A stretch of DNA of 54,209 nucleotides, taken from the IMG/VR virus record IMGVR_UViG_3300037458_000931, positions 1 to 54,209 of that record; one strand, given 5' to 3'. Origin of the DNA: a virus. Lineage: Duplodnaviria; Caudoviricetes. Made by a program: the position numbers and the translations under genes. This document shows positions 9,441-18,817 of this stretch, piece after piece (position 1 is the stretch's first letter; every line of letters starts with the position of its first letter). The notes under the pieces were generated by a model. That model ran no database searches. It saw only the letters and a list, made by a program, of their open reading frames with translations, and was not told the origin of the DNA.

Positions 9441-9588
9441 GACGCCACAGCTAAAAATCATTTGGTTCGGCCCTACTTGGCGATATGATTTCAAGGAGCA
9501 AAAGGTGTACGAGTCTACAGAATCTTTACTAAAGCGCCCTAAACCGAAACCTTATACGTGGAATTGGTATCAGGGGAATAAAAAGTGA
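9430..9588 (+). CDS. Small hypothetical protein
   Basis: ATG 9430 overlapping the previous ORF; aromatic-rich, 52 aa. Confidence 0.4.
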   Translation: MNFETPQLKIIWFGPTWRYDFKEQKVYESTESLLKRPKPKPYTWNWYQGNKK

Positions 9589-9594
9589 ACTACT

Positions 9595-9795
9595 ATGAAA
9601 GATAAAAGAACAGCAGTGCTATTAATTTTAGGAATACTAGGATGGTTGTTTGTGCTTATATTGGCGAGCTACCAAATCGTTGACTATCTCAAATTTCGTA
9701 ATGCAGGCAATCGCTTTACCGCTCATCATGGGCAGGAACTCTGTCTGCGTGTGCAAGCGTTGGAAACGAATCCTAAACCTTGTGAGTACGAATAA
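9595..9795 (+). CDS. Small membrane protein
   Basis: N-terminal TM and two C-terminal Cys; stop overlaps the next start. Confidence 0.6.
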   Translation: MKDKRTAVLLILGILGWLFVLILASYQIVDYLKFRNAGNRFTAHHGQELCLRVQALETNPKPCEYE

Positions 9796-10766
9796 TGGCT
9801 GAGTCTGGCGCTTCTCCGAATATCGTGCAGGGGTTTAAAGGGTTGAACAACCGCATTGATCCTACTCGTTTGGGCTTGGAGTGGCAACTGACTGCGGAAA
9901 ACGTCCTGTGTGATGATGCCGGGTATCTTACCCGCCGACCGGGGGTTGAAGCGTTTTTATCAGGCTTTACGGACGTGTACGGGACGCGCAACGGACGATT
10001 GTTGGCGATTACGACTGGCAATGCGCTGGTGGAACTTACCGAAGAGGGGGAGACTCTCCCGCTACATACCGGAGTCACGGGCGGACCGTTTCAGTGGGCT
10101 GAATTAGGCTATGCCTTTTTCTTGCAATCCAAGGCCGCTTCCTGGGCCGTGTATCCTCACCAGGTTATTACCTGGGGTTCGCTCTGTCCAGCGCCACCAG
10201 TCGCCGCTTATCCACTTTCTGACCCGATTAGCTATCCCCCTCCGGTGGGCGAAGTGATTTGCTCGCGGAGAAGCCAAATGGTTGTGAGTGTTTGGGAGCC
10301 AGAACGGGATCGGAGTGTGCTGTATTTCAGCCGTCCAGACTTCCCGCATGAGTTCCGGCTGGAGAAGGATTTTGTCCTGGTTCCGGGGCGAGTCACGATG
10401 CTGTCTAGTTTGGCGCAAGGATTAGTAATCGGCACCGACCGGGCTATTTTCCTGGACCCGATAGGCAGCCCCTTGCAGCGCGTGGCGGATTACGGAGTAC
10501 CTGTTGGGGCAATGGCACACGACGACCTTAACCGGGTGCATTTCTGGACGGAACGAGGGCTGTGTCGGGCTTTCCCATTTGAGAATATGACGGATAAGGT
10601 TTTGACTGTACAACAGCGGGAGCAGGTCACGGCGGGGGTTTTACCTTACCAAGGTAGTACTTACGTTGTGGTACATCAATACGGGAAGGTTGTGCCTAAG
10701 CAATTGACTCGTCCTTACACGCCTTATTTCATTTCAGCGACTTACCCACAAGGGATAAGTATTTAA
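9795..10766 (+). CDS. Tail nozzle/stabilisation-type protein
   Basis: N-terminal FKGLNN...AENV...G.L.RRPG pattern typical of podovirus tail tubular B / P22 gp10-like proteins; beta-propeller-like strands. Confidence 0.6.
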   Translation: MAESGASPNIVQGFKGLNNRIDPTRLGLEWQLTAENVLCDDAGYLTRRPGVEAFLSGFTDVYGTRNGRLLAITTGNALVELTEEGETLPLHTGVTGGPFQWAELGYAFFLQSKAASWAVYPHQVITWGSLCPAPPVAAYPLSDPISYPPPVGEVICSRRSQMVVSVWEPERDRSVLYFSRPDFPHEFRLEKDFVLVPGRVTMLSSLAQGLVIGTDRAIFLDPIGSPLQRVADYGVPVGAMAHDDLNRVHFWTERGLCRAFPFENMTDKVLTVQQREQVTAGVLPYQGSTYVVVHQYGKVVPKQLTRPYTPYFISATYPQGISI

Positions 10767-10787
10767 TTCTTTTACCGGAGTCCTATC

Positions 10788-11276
10788 ATGGCTTTAAAAT
10801 TTTCTACGGGCCTGAAAAATCAATTGTTTGGTGCTATTAAAGGAGCCGTAACAACGACTTCTAGCTTGGAGCATGGGGTAATTTACATTTACTCGGGAAG
10901 CCAGCCAGCAACCGCTGACGCCGCTGCGACCGGAACCCTGTTGATGATTGTAACGGTGGCTTCTGGTGCGTTTGTTCATGGAACAGCGACAAACGGATTG
11001 GACTTCGCAGCTCCGGCTGCGGGAGTGATGACTAAAGATTCGGGAGAGGTTTGGAGCGGAGTCGGCCTAGCTGCAGCAGGCACGGGAACCACGGCGGGCT
11101 GGTTTAGGCACAGTGGTAATCCAGCGGACAATCAAGGGATATCCACCACCCTCCCGCGCATTGACGGGCGGATTAGTACCAGCGGTGCGGAAATGAGTCT
11201 TAGCAATCTCACGATTGTTGAGGGTGCGTCCACCACGGTAGACACTTACCAGTTGTCCTGGCCGTCTACGCTGTAA
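10788..11276 (+). CDS. Tail structural protein, paralog 1 of the STGL family
   Basis: MALKFSTGLKN, IYSGSQPATADAA, GWFR, RIDG shared with 15065 and 15537. Confidence 0.75.
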   Translation: MALKFSTGLKNQLFGAIKGAVTTTSSLEHGVIYIYSGSQPATADAAATGTLLMIVTVASGAFVHGTATNGLDFAAPAAGVMTKDSGEVWSGVGLAAAGTGTTAGWFRHSGNPADNQGISTTLPRIDGRISTSGAEMSLSNLTIVEGASTTVDTYQLSWPSTL

Positions 11277-11280
11277 ACCA

Positions 11281-14200
11281 ATGATATCCCCCCGTATCCT
11301 CTTTGAAGGCAACCCTACGGAAGCGTACAAGTACGTAGGGATGGCTAAAGATTTCGGACGCTCGACGTTCGCGGCGGGGATCATCTCAAAAGTTTGGAGG
11401 GTGAGTAACGAAGTACAAATTCGTGTGGTTAATAATATAAAGTCAAAAATTTGTAAAGTGTGGATTACTGCATCGGAAGGTAATTTTTTGCTGTTGGCTT
11501 GGATTCCTGAAGGGATTGCATTAACTCCGCGAAGTGCGTCTGCTGAATTTGGCTACGGGTTTCCAAAACGTGAACCGGGGACATTGGAGGAAGAAAACAA
11601 CGTGCAGTACTTTGTGGGAGGTGAAAAGATTAACCCCCCATTTGGTACACGAATCGAAAGTAAGGAAAACGAATGTGTAAGTCAAGTACTTATCAATCGG
11701 TTCGAGAACAATAAGTATCTTGATAAAAAAGGATTTATCAAAGGATTTGATGCTGATGAACAGGAAAAAATAGACAAGAAATTGCCAGAAGAAAACCCCC
11801 GTCTTCGTGAACGAATCGAGGATAGCGCCCCTAGTAGGTTGCCCGTTGTTTATGCACCGTTGTTTTATACGCCTGCCGATATTGATAATAGTTTTTGGGA
11901 GCTAGATGAGAATCGTATTAACTGGATTGATGAACCTGGCTACAATTTAGGCCGTGTAAGTAAGAAATTTAAACCAAAAAAGATGCCAGAGTTGGATGAT
12001 GAAGGGGCGATTATCGGCGAGATTCCGCTGAGGCAGTTTGACGAAACCGGGGTTTCACTGATTTATGAAGAAGAATCAGAAAATTGGTTCTGTCATTGGC
12101 CAGAAGAACTGCTTTACTTAAATGACGCGCAAGAAGCTATTTTCCTGCTGACGAATAAATATCGTTCAGATGTTGGTAAAAGTTCTCTCTGCCGTGAGAT
12201 TCGTGGATATGTAGGGCTGTCTCGTATGGTGATTAGCGAAATGCAGCGCGCTAAAATTATGTATCATCATTCGACGAATTATCGAGAAGGGTATTACCGA
12301 ACGGAAGATCGTTCAATGAATGGAGGGGCCAATAACTGGACGGTAGGTGAAAATCTATATTTTTCCAGTCTTTCAGGTGTAGATGTTCTTGCCGGGGCGA
12401 GAGCAGCTATTTGGTGGAAAAACTCTCCCTATCATTATGCTAATATTATTTCAGACAACTGGGATATTCCAGGGTCAACCTCTTTAGATGTTGCTGGAAA
12501 TGCTGGAGTTTCTATAACAGAATATGGGGTTGATCAGCAAAGTGGAGGGGCGGTTAGTTCTTTTGATCCTCCTGTTGCTGGATATGCTTGGTCAGAAGTT
12601 TTTTGTCAGCGCGAAGCATGGGTTTACGGTGGGCATGTGACTCAAGAAGGAACTGCTGGCCGTTGTGGATTGTTCGCTTATCAAAGCCCTATTGGGTTTC
12701 CTACTAGTTATCGAGACGATGAGTCGTGGTTGAATCGTGCGGGGGAGATTCCTATTAGTTCTTTGCGGGCCATCAATTATTTTACTTACCAAGGGCGATT
12801 GATTGAATGTAATCCAGCAACCGACCTTATTATCGCCGGAAATCTAGTCTGGATCATTGGTGCCGTGGCTTATTATAAAGACGAAATTCCTATGTTTCGT
12901 ACTGTGGTGTATTATACGAAAACACCATACACCGATAAAAATGTGATGGTTTATAGTAGGCCTGTTCATGGGAATCATGTCGATTGGGTAATAGAAAGCG
13001 GCGGAACGGCTTATCTTCAAGACATGGCTTCTGTTTATGGGTTTAGCCGTATCCCACTTATACATTCGATGGTGTTTTTTAAGAAGGATGGAAGTGCAGG
13101 GGTCTTTTCGTTTATCAAAGAACAACGTAGTTTTCCAGAGGATGCCTTCTATTTTCAAGCTTTTGCAACGGATGCACAACCGATGCAAATAGTAATTGGT
13201 TGGGTACATATTATAGATGGAATATTGGAATTAGATGTTAATTACGGTGTTGGGCCGGAGATTGAATACACACTTACTGTTGATGGGGATAATCAAGCAA
13301 TTTCCTATACACAAATTGGGGAAGATACCCAATCCGTTTTTCCTTATTACGATATAGAAGATGAGTTGGTGTATTTAAAAGTCTACCTAAAGCAAGACAT
13401 TAATAATCGTGTTTTATCAGCAGGTGCTTCATACTATTTTACGGCACATGAAATAGTGTACCCTTCGCTAAATAGAGTTGGATTGTTCGATGTAGGTGTA
13501 GTCAGAAATGATATTGGGGAAGAAGAACACGCTGATTTAAGTGAAGATAGCTACTTAACTCAGATCATTTATCTTGACCCACGGGCCGAAGATTGTGCCT
13601 ATGCAAAATTGTTGCTGACAAAATCCTCATCTCTTGACAGCACTGACGGGATTTTTGGGAATACTCTGGAAATTTACCACAACTCAACACTGATTAAAAC
13701 TTTAGTGAATGAGAATATTCCCGTACAGCGGTTTTGGATTGCTCCTGGACCTACTTATAAATACGACCGATGGCTTCCAAGACCCCCTATAATTGAAGAA
13801 CTTGATGTAGATCAGTACGCGCTAAAGAATGTGTACCTTTATTTAAGTACGCGAATTAATATATCAGGATCGGACAGCCGGGTTTTACCAGAAGTGGCAA
13901 CCCCGGTTGTTGAATCTTCTTACGATGCTGCGGGCAGTATTGGATTTACTCAAGGCCGTGCTTTAAAGGGGGTACAGAATTCTTTATTAGGGTTTCGGTC
14001 TATGAGAAATGACTTTTTATTGACTACGACAAAAGACAATGTCTCTTGGATCGGGGTAGGCTACAACGCCGGGTTGCCAATAGTTCATAATGACATTTAT
14101 CGTGCAACTGATATAATTGATGATGTTTACTGTCAATTCGCACGTTATCAAGATCGAGTGGTGTTGCGTATTCGCTGGAAAGGTGATTCATGGGATATTG

Positions 14201-14307
14201 AACTTCCCGAAGAAGAACAAGTGATAACATACGCAAATTTTGATCTGGATGCGCTGGTATTCCCAGAGGATACGGTAAAAGACCTTTATCCTTTGGGGAC
14301 CGTTTGA
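11281..14307 (+). CDS. Large virion-module protein containing a CAP/SCP domain
   Basis: LTNKYR, HH, VGENL and WWKNSPYHYANII match CAP motifs (N.YR, GEN, W..S.GH..N). Confidence 0.7.
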   Translation: MISPRILFEGNPTEAYKYVGMAKDFGRSTFAAGIISKVWRVSNEVQIRVVNNIKSKICKVWITASEGNFLLLAWIPEGIALTPRSASAEFGYGFPKREPGTLEEENNVQYFVGGEKINPPFGTRIESKENECVSQVLINRFENNKYLDKKGFIKGFDADEQEKIDKKLPEENPRLRERIEDSAPSRLPVVYAPLFYTPADIDNSFWELDENRINWIDEPGYNLGRVSKKFKPKKMPELDDEGAIIGEIPLRQFDETGVSLIYEEESENWFCHWPEELLYLNDAQEAIFLLTNKYRSDVGKSSLCREIRGYVGLSRMVISEMQRAKIMYHHSTNYREGYYRTEDRSMNGGANNWTVGENLYFSSLSGVDVLAGARAAIWWKNSPYHYANIISDNWDIPGSTSLDVAGNAGVSITEYGVDQQSGGAVSSFDPPVAGYAWSEVFCQREAWVYGGHVTQEGTAGRCGLFAYQSPIGFPTSYRDDESWLNRAGEIPISSLRAINYFTYQGRLIECNPATDLIIAGNLVWIIGAVAYYKDEIPMFRTVVYYTKTPYTDKNVMVYSRPVHGNHVDWVIESGGTAYLQDMASVYGFSRIPLIHSMVFFKKDGSAGVFSFIKEQRSFPEDAFYFQAFATDAQPMQIVIGWVHIIDGILELDVNYGVGPEIEYTLTVDGDNQAISYTQIGEDTQSVFPYYDIEDELVYLKVYLKQDINNRVLSAGASYYFTAHEIVYPSLNRVGLFDVGVVRNDIGEEEHADLSEDSYLTQIIYLDPRAEDCAYAKLLLTKSSSLDSTDGIFGNTLEIYHNSTLIKTLVNENIPVQRFWIAPGPTYKYDRWLPRPPIIEELDVDQYALKNVYLYLSTRINISGSDSRVLPEVATPVVESSYDAAGSIGFTQGRALKGVQNSLLGFRSMRNDFLLTTTKDNVSWIGVGYNAGLPIVHNDIYRATDIIDDVYCQFARYQDRVVLRIRWKGDSWDIELPEEEQVITYANFDLDALVFPEDTVKDLYPLGTV

Positions 14308-14325
14308 TGACTAGAGAGGTTTAAG

Positions 14326-14862
14326 ATGACATGTTCTTGCCCTGCATGGAATTCTTATCGTGGAACGGAAGAGGTTTGCGATATCCAAGAAGGTAATAGT
14401 ATTTTTATAGATGGAGTTTGGTTGTATGGATTTTCTAGTTATTATGAACCACCAAACCCGCTTTATGGAGAAAGCGTACTGACTGTGGTTGACACAGACC
14501 CGAGTTATAATGCAGAGTGGTTTACTTTTTCTGCGGGCGATGAAATTACTGTAGTTACTGATAAAGAGTATTTTGCTGACAACCCTATCAAACGTATACA
14601 ATTAAAGTTGCTTTTTACTGGATATATTTCTCTTTATAATACAGACATAACCCCATTATTAGTTGGTGATAAATACGAATGGACGTTTATTATTCCGCTA
14701 GAGGCAGAAAATTTAATATTTTATGAGATAACAGCACCTCCGGCCTCTGGCGATAAATTAGACTCGTTTTATATTTATGATGTGCGGTCTTCATTAGGTG
14801 GGATTTCTTCTCCAACTAAAGACCCGCAACTTATGGAGATGTTCCAAGAAGCGCCTTTTTAA
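14326..14862 (+). CDS. Hypothetical acidic tail-region protein
   Basis: GAGG RBS; AT-rich ORF of 178 aa. Confidence 0.7.
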   Translation: MTCSCPAWNSYRGTEEVCDIQEGNSIFIDGVWLYGFSSYYEPPNPLYGESVLTVVDTDPSYNAEWFTFSAGDEITVVTDKEYFADNPIKRIQLKLLFTGYISLYNTDITPLLVGDKYEWTFIIPLEAENLIFYEITAPPASGDKLDSFYIYDVRSSLGGISSPTKDPQLMEMFQEAPF

Positions 14863-14874
14863 CAAATAGAGGAA

Positions 14875-15060
14875 ATGGTATCTACAAGAATTACACCGCC
14901 TCGCAAAGAACAACGCCGGCGAATCTGTCAAGAGTGTTCGGAGGTTGAGCGGGTGTATCCCCTAATGCGTTTAACTGGGTATGATCGTTGCAAAGTCTGC
15001 GGATGCCCGATAGCGTCCAAGGTTCTATTTTCCAAACAATGCCCTTTGGGCAAATGGTGA
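14875..15060 (+). CDS. Small Cys-rich (metal-binding) phage protein
   Basis: R..ICxxC...CxxCGC....K....CPLGKW pattern. Confidence 0.75.
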   Translation: MVSTRITPPRKEQRRRICQECSEVERVYPLMRLTGYDRCKVCGCPIASKVLFSKQCPLGKW

Positions 15061-15064
15061 TATT

Positions 15065-15526
15065 ATGGCAATTAAGACTTCGACCGGGTTACGTACCCAT
15101 TTGGCAGTGACGGGCAGTGTGAAAGATGCGCTGGATGGTGGGCAACTGATGTTTTACGAGGGAACAGAACCCGCGACCGCTGATGCGGCTGTAGCAGGGT
15201 CGCTTCGCTGGACAGTGACCGTAGATGGGGATGGTACCGGGTTGACTTTTGAGGCCGCCGCTGTCGCTACGGCTGCTGTAAAAACAACAACGGAGGCATG
15301 GCAGGGGGCGACTACCGCCGGAACGCCGAACTATTGGCGGTTTATTGACGCGACAGAAAAAGCCGGGAGCATTGGGGGAATTTCTACAGTGCTTTCTAGG
15401 ATTCAAGGAACCTGTGGTAATACGGCGGGTGTCGATGTTTACTTGACTACCCCTACGTTGTCCACTGACGCTGCGCTCGACGCTAAGGTATTGGATGCCT
15501 TCTCTGTTTCTGTATTAACTAACTGA
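15065..15526 (+). CDS. Tail structural protein, paralog 2 of the STGL family
   Basis: MAIKTSTGLRT, FYEGTEPATADAA, YWRF, RIQG. Confidence 0.75.
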   Translation: MAIKTSTGLRTHLAVTGSVKDALDGGQLMFYEGTEPATADAAVAGSLRWTVTVDGDGTGLTFEAAAVATAAVKTTTEAWQGATTAGTPNYWRFIDATEKAGSIGGISTVLSRIQGTCGNTAGVDVYLTTPTLSTDAALDAKVLDAFSVSVLTN

Positions 15527-15536
15527 GGGTAAGCTC

Positions 15537-15989
15537 ATGGCGCGCTTCTCGACTGGATTGCGAAATGCCGTAGCGGCTCAGTATGGCCTGGGGCTGTTAA
15601 TGAATGGCGGGGTGATTCGCATCTATGGCGATGAGCGGCCATCCTCCCCTGATTTGCCTCCAGGAACAACTGAACTAGGGCAAATCACAACCGGGGGGCA
15701 GGTTTTTGTTCCTGGAGACCCGAACTCTACGGCGGGCTTGCTAATCGCCCTTGAATCTCCTGGGGTGCTGGTCAACAACGGGGACTGGCGGCTGAAAGGT
15801 AGCGCCAATGGAATACCGACCTGGTGGCGCTGGTGTTGGGCTGATTTAGATCCGTTGGATGAAAGCACCTATTACCCACGGGTTGACGGGCTAGTAGGGA
15901 CAGAATTGGTTTTAGCGTTGACGAACATCACTGCAAGTACCAATGTTGAAATTGAGCAATTCGCGTTCGCTCTATCTATGGGAGTTTAG
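15537..15989 (+). CDS. Tail structural protein, paralog 3 of the STGL family
   Basis: MARFSTGLRN, IYGDERPSSPD, WWRW, RVDG. Confidence 0.75.
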   Translation: MARFSTGLRNAVAAQYGLGLLMNGGVIRIYGDERPSSPDLPPGTTELGQITTGGQVFVPGDPNSTAGLLIALESPGVLVNNGDWRLKGSANGIPTWWRWCWADLDPLDESTYYPRVDGLVGTELVLALTNITASTNVEIEQFAFALSMGV

Positions 15990-15991
15990 CA

Positions 15992-16279
15992 ATGGCTTCT
16001 GGAAGTTTGCTTTACAAAATCACTGGAAGAACTTTAGAAGAAGTAATTCTTCCTCCGCCTATTTTACCGCTATCCCCCACGACTTTTTATTCTAATCTAA
16101 CAATTCCGATTCCCGTCCCAAGAATTAACATCCCTGTTCCTGTTTCCATTCCACCCGATGTTAATAGTGAATGGGAGTGGGTACAGGTAGGAGGGATAGG
16201 ACTTGATAGAGGGGAGTATGTAAGAGTTCCTGTAATAAATTCAGGGTTTGATGGGATTTCTATCCCTTCTCCCCCATGA
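15992..16279 (+). CDS. Pro-rich small tail-region protein
   Basis: GGAG RBS; P/I-rich 95 aa. Confidence 0.6.
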   Translation: MASGSLLYKITGRTLEEVILPPPILPLSPTTFYSNLTIPIPVPRINIPVPVSIPPDVNSEWEWVQVGGIGLDRGEYVRVPVINSGFDGISIPSPP

Positions 16280-16291
16280 TAGAGATTAACC

Positions 16292-18817
16292 ATGACTCTT
16301 ATCTATAGAAATACCCCAGGGTGGGACGCTGACGCTCGAACTGTCGAGTCATTCTCTAACGACGGGGCGTTCACCTTTAGGGTAGAAAACCCTATAGGAG
16401 TCGCATGTGGTCTGAACAATGCTAACAATAGCGCCAACTATTTTGAGCTAGATTACGCATTTTTTATTGATCCTCAGTATTATCAAATTATTGAAAGTGG
16501 GGAAATAAAAACAAGTAAATATCCTGTTGTCTCTGGTGCTGTTTATAAAATAGAACGACTGGATGAGGTTATTCGGTATTTTGTTGATGAAATTCTTATT
16601 TACACTAGCTCAACCCCGTCAGCCGGAACAGTTTTTGGTGATTGTTCGTTATATGCATATTTAGATACAGTTATTGATGCCTGTATTTTAAATTATGATA
16701 CTATTGGCACTGATGTTCCTGATTCTGTAATCGCTCAAATACAAACAGTAAAAAATTTATTAGAGAATGGGGAAAGAATACTAGGGGAAATAGATTACGA
16801 TCTACAACAAATTCTTGCGTTGGTTGAAGATGTTCAGACACTTTTAACCAGTGACCCAGTTGTTTTAACTGGGGTAGATATTATCTGGGATAGCATTGTC
16901 GCTATCATTACCTCATTAAAAACGAACTATGATAATTTTTATTTAATAGACACGCTGTATAGTCTAATTCTTCAAGTAGAAGATATTATAAATGGGGGGT
17001 TGGACACATCAGACGTTGATGACATTCTTGAGCTAATTCAAGAAATCATTGATTTAATTAGTCAAGCAGAACAAGCGATCATTGATGAGACTGTAAGCCT
17101 ATGGGATGGGATAACAGATTACATAAGCGAATTAGAAGAACAAAACCCGGATTCTACTTTTATTGAAGCGCTTAATTCTTTAGTAGATCAAGTCAACTAC
17201 TTTTTGTTAATCGGTTCAGAAGACTCACCTACTGTTTTGCTTTTGATTGAAGCAATCCTTGATTTAATTGAATTAGGTGACGAAGCTTTACTATATGATG
17301 TATCGGTAGGGGTTGCGCTTGTCGGTCCGGTGGGGGCGATTGGTTCTGAGGAACCGATTAACTTAGGATTTATTGGGATTGGTCCAGTTCAAGCCGCTGG
17401 CACGGAAGCGGACATTAACCGGGGGTCTATTTCTATAGGTCCAGTTGGTGTAACCGGGGCGGAGGGTGATCCTAGCTGGGGCGCAGTGTCGGTAGGGCCG
17501 CTGAGTGTTTGGGGGCAAGAAGACCTGTTGCTGCCTGAGTACAACGCCGGAGACGCTTACTTAAGCCCGGTAGCTGCCTATGGCTACGAAGGGGTTATTG
17601 ATGTTTGCTACGGTACGGCGGGACTGGGGCCGTTAGATGCAATAGGTAGTGAGGGGGATGTTGCTTTTGGGGGTGTTGAAATTGGCCCCTTGTTTGCCGG
17701 TGGGTACTCAAATTATCGCCAGTATTTATTGGCTGAGTGGCCCCCTTGGTTGATGGATAACCGGCAACTGCTCTTCAATGCGTTTGCAGATTTACAGGTT
17801 CCCGCGCCGATCCTGACCGCTACAGCTAACCACGACGACAATATCCGGTTGTCAGTGATTGTGCCGGCTCCGATTCTTACCGCTTATACGGGTGCCGTTG
17901 CTCCGTTGACAGTTCCCGCTCCGGTGTTGACTTCTACGGGGACGGTGCAAGCTGTCGCTCGGGCTGAACTGGAGGTCCCTGCGCCGGAATTGACGGCCAC
18001 AGCAACCAACTCGATTCTGGCGTCTGTAGAGCTTGAAGTTCCCGCGCCTATCCTTACTGCGGCTACCGGGGCGTATGCCAGTCTGGAAGTGCTGGCCCCG
18101 ATCCTGACCGCAACAGGAAGGGTTGAAGGGATCGCTCAAATTGAACTGACGGTTCCCGCTCCTGAATTAACAGCGACAGGAACGGTCGGTAGTGTGGCAA
18201 GTGTGGTGCTGGAGGTTCCTGCACCGATTCTGACCGCTACCGGAATTGTCGGTGCGATTGCACAAGTTATACTAATTGTCCCTGCACCTATCCTGACAGC
18301 AAGCGCTCAAGTCAGTCCTGGGGTAGGACTGACCGCAACAACGGTAGCGACGGAAACCACCTATACCGTGAACCTAACAACGGGGGCCGTAACGACCCTG
18401 CTGTTAGGGGGGCTGGATAAACTGATTACCGCACATGGCCGGTTGTACGGACTTCGTTCGGGAGAACTCATCCGCCTGGACGGCGATTTGGATGGTTCCG
18501 CCACAATCCAGGCGACCGTGCGGTTTGCACCTCAGACCTTCAACACCAATCGGGCGAAGCGGCTTTCTACAGTGTATCTCAGTACTCGGGAAGATGACGG
18601 GCTGACGCTGGAAGTGATTTCTGACGAAAAAACGACTTGGCGCTACCAAACGTCCACGGATAACGCCCCTGCCTACGGCACCCATAAGATGAAGGTGGGG
18701 AGAGGGATCAAGTTTCATACGGCTGGAATTATGCTGTACAACCGCAACGGGGGTCGTATGGATGTAGGGGGGATGGAACTAATTGTAGATCCGCTCTCGC
18801 GGAGGTCAAAAACATGA
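16292..18817 (+). CDS. Multi-repeat tail protein
   Basis: Beta domain, acidic helical duplication, 7 GPxxAxGxE-like repeats, 9 VPAPxLTA-like repeats, C-terminal beta domain. Confidence 0.75.
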   Translation: MTLIYRNTPGWDADARTVESFSNDGAFTFRVENPIGVACGLNNANNSANYFELDYAFFIDPQYYQIIESGEIKTSKYPVVSGAVYKIERLDEVIRYFVDEILIYTSSTPSAGTVFGDCSLYAYLDTVIDACILNYDTIGTDVPDSVIAQIQTVKNLLENGERILGEIDYDLQQILALVEDVQTLLTSDPVVLTGVDIIWDSIVAIITSLKTNYDNFYLIDTLYSLILQVEDIINGGLDTSDVDDILELIQEIIDLISQAEQAIIDETVSLWDGITDYISELEEQNPDSTFIEALNSLVDQVNYFLLIGSEDSPTVLLLIEAILDLIELGDEALLYDVSVGVALVGPVGAIGSEEPINLGFIGIGPVQAAGTEADINRGSISIGPVGVTGAEGDPSWGAVSVGPLSVWGQEDLLLPEYNAGDAYLSPVAAYGYEGVIDVCYGTAGLGPLDAIGSEGDVAFGGVEIGPLFAGGYSNYRQYLLAEWPPWLMDNRQLLFNAFADLQVPAPILTATANHDDNIRLSVIVPAPILTAYTGAVAPLTVPAPVLTSTGTVQAVARAELEVPAPELTATATNSILASVELEVPAPILTAATGAYASLEVLAPILTATGRVEGIAQIELTVPAPELTATGTVGSVASVVLEVPAPILTATGIVGAIAQVILIVPAPILTASAQVSPGVGLTATTVATETTYTVNLTTGAVTTLLLGGLDKLITAHGRLYGLRSGELIRLDGDLDGSATIQATVRFAPQTFNTNRAKRLSTVYLSTREDDGLTLEVISDEKTTWRYQTSTDNAPAYGTHKMKVGRGIKFHTAGIMLYNRNGGRMDVGGMELIVDPLSRRSKT

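Noticed and set aside
16277-16294. Stop-codon readthrough or recoding joining 15992..16279 to 16292..18817 (same frame)
   Set aside because: Two consecutive different stops (TGA TAG) separate them, and the standard code gives dense gene packing throughout.
17790-18310. DNA repeats as a CRISPR-like array
   Set aside because: They are degenerate, in-frame codings of the VPAPxLTA protein repeat.
3502-18817. Diversity-generating retroelement or invertible tail-fibre cassette
   Set aside because: No reverse transcriptase, invertase or near-identical template/variable repeat pair was seen.
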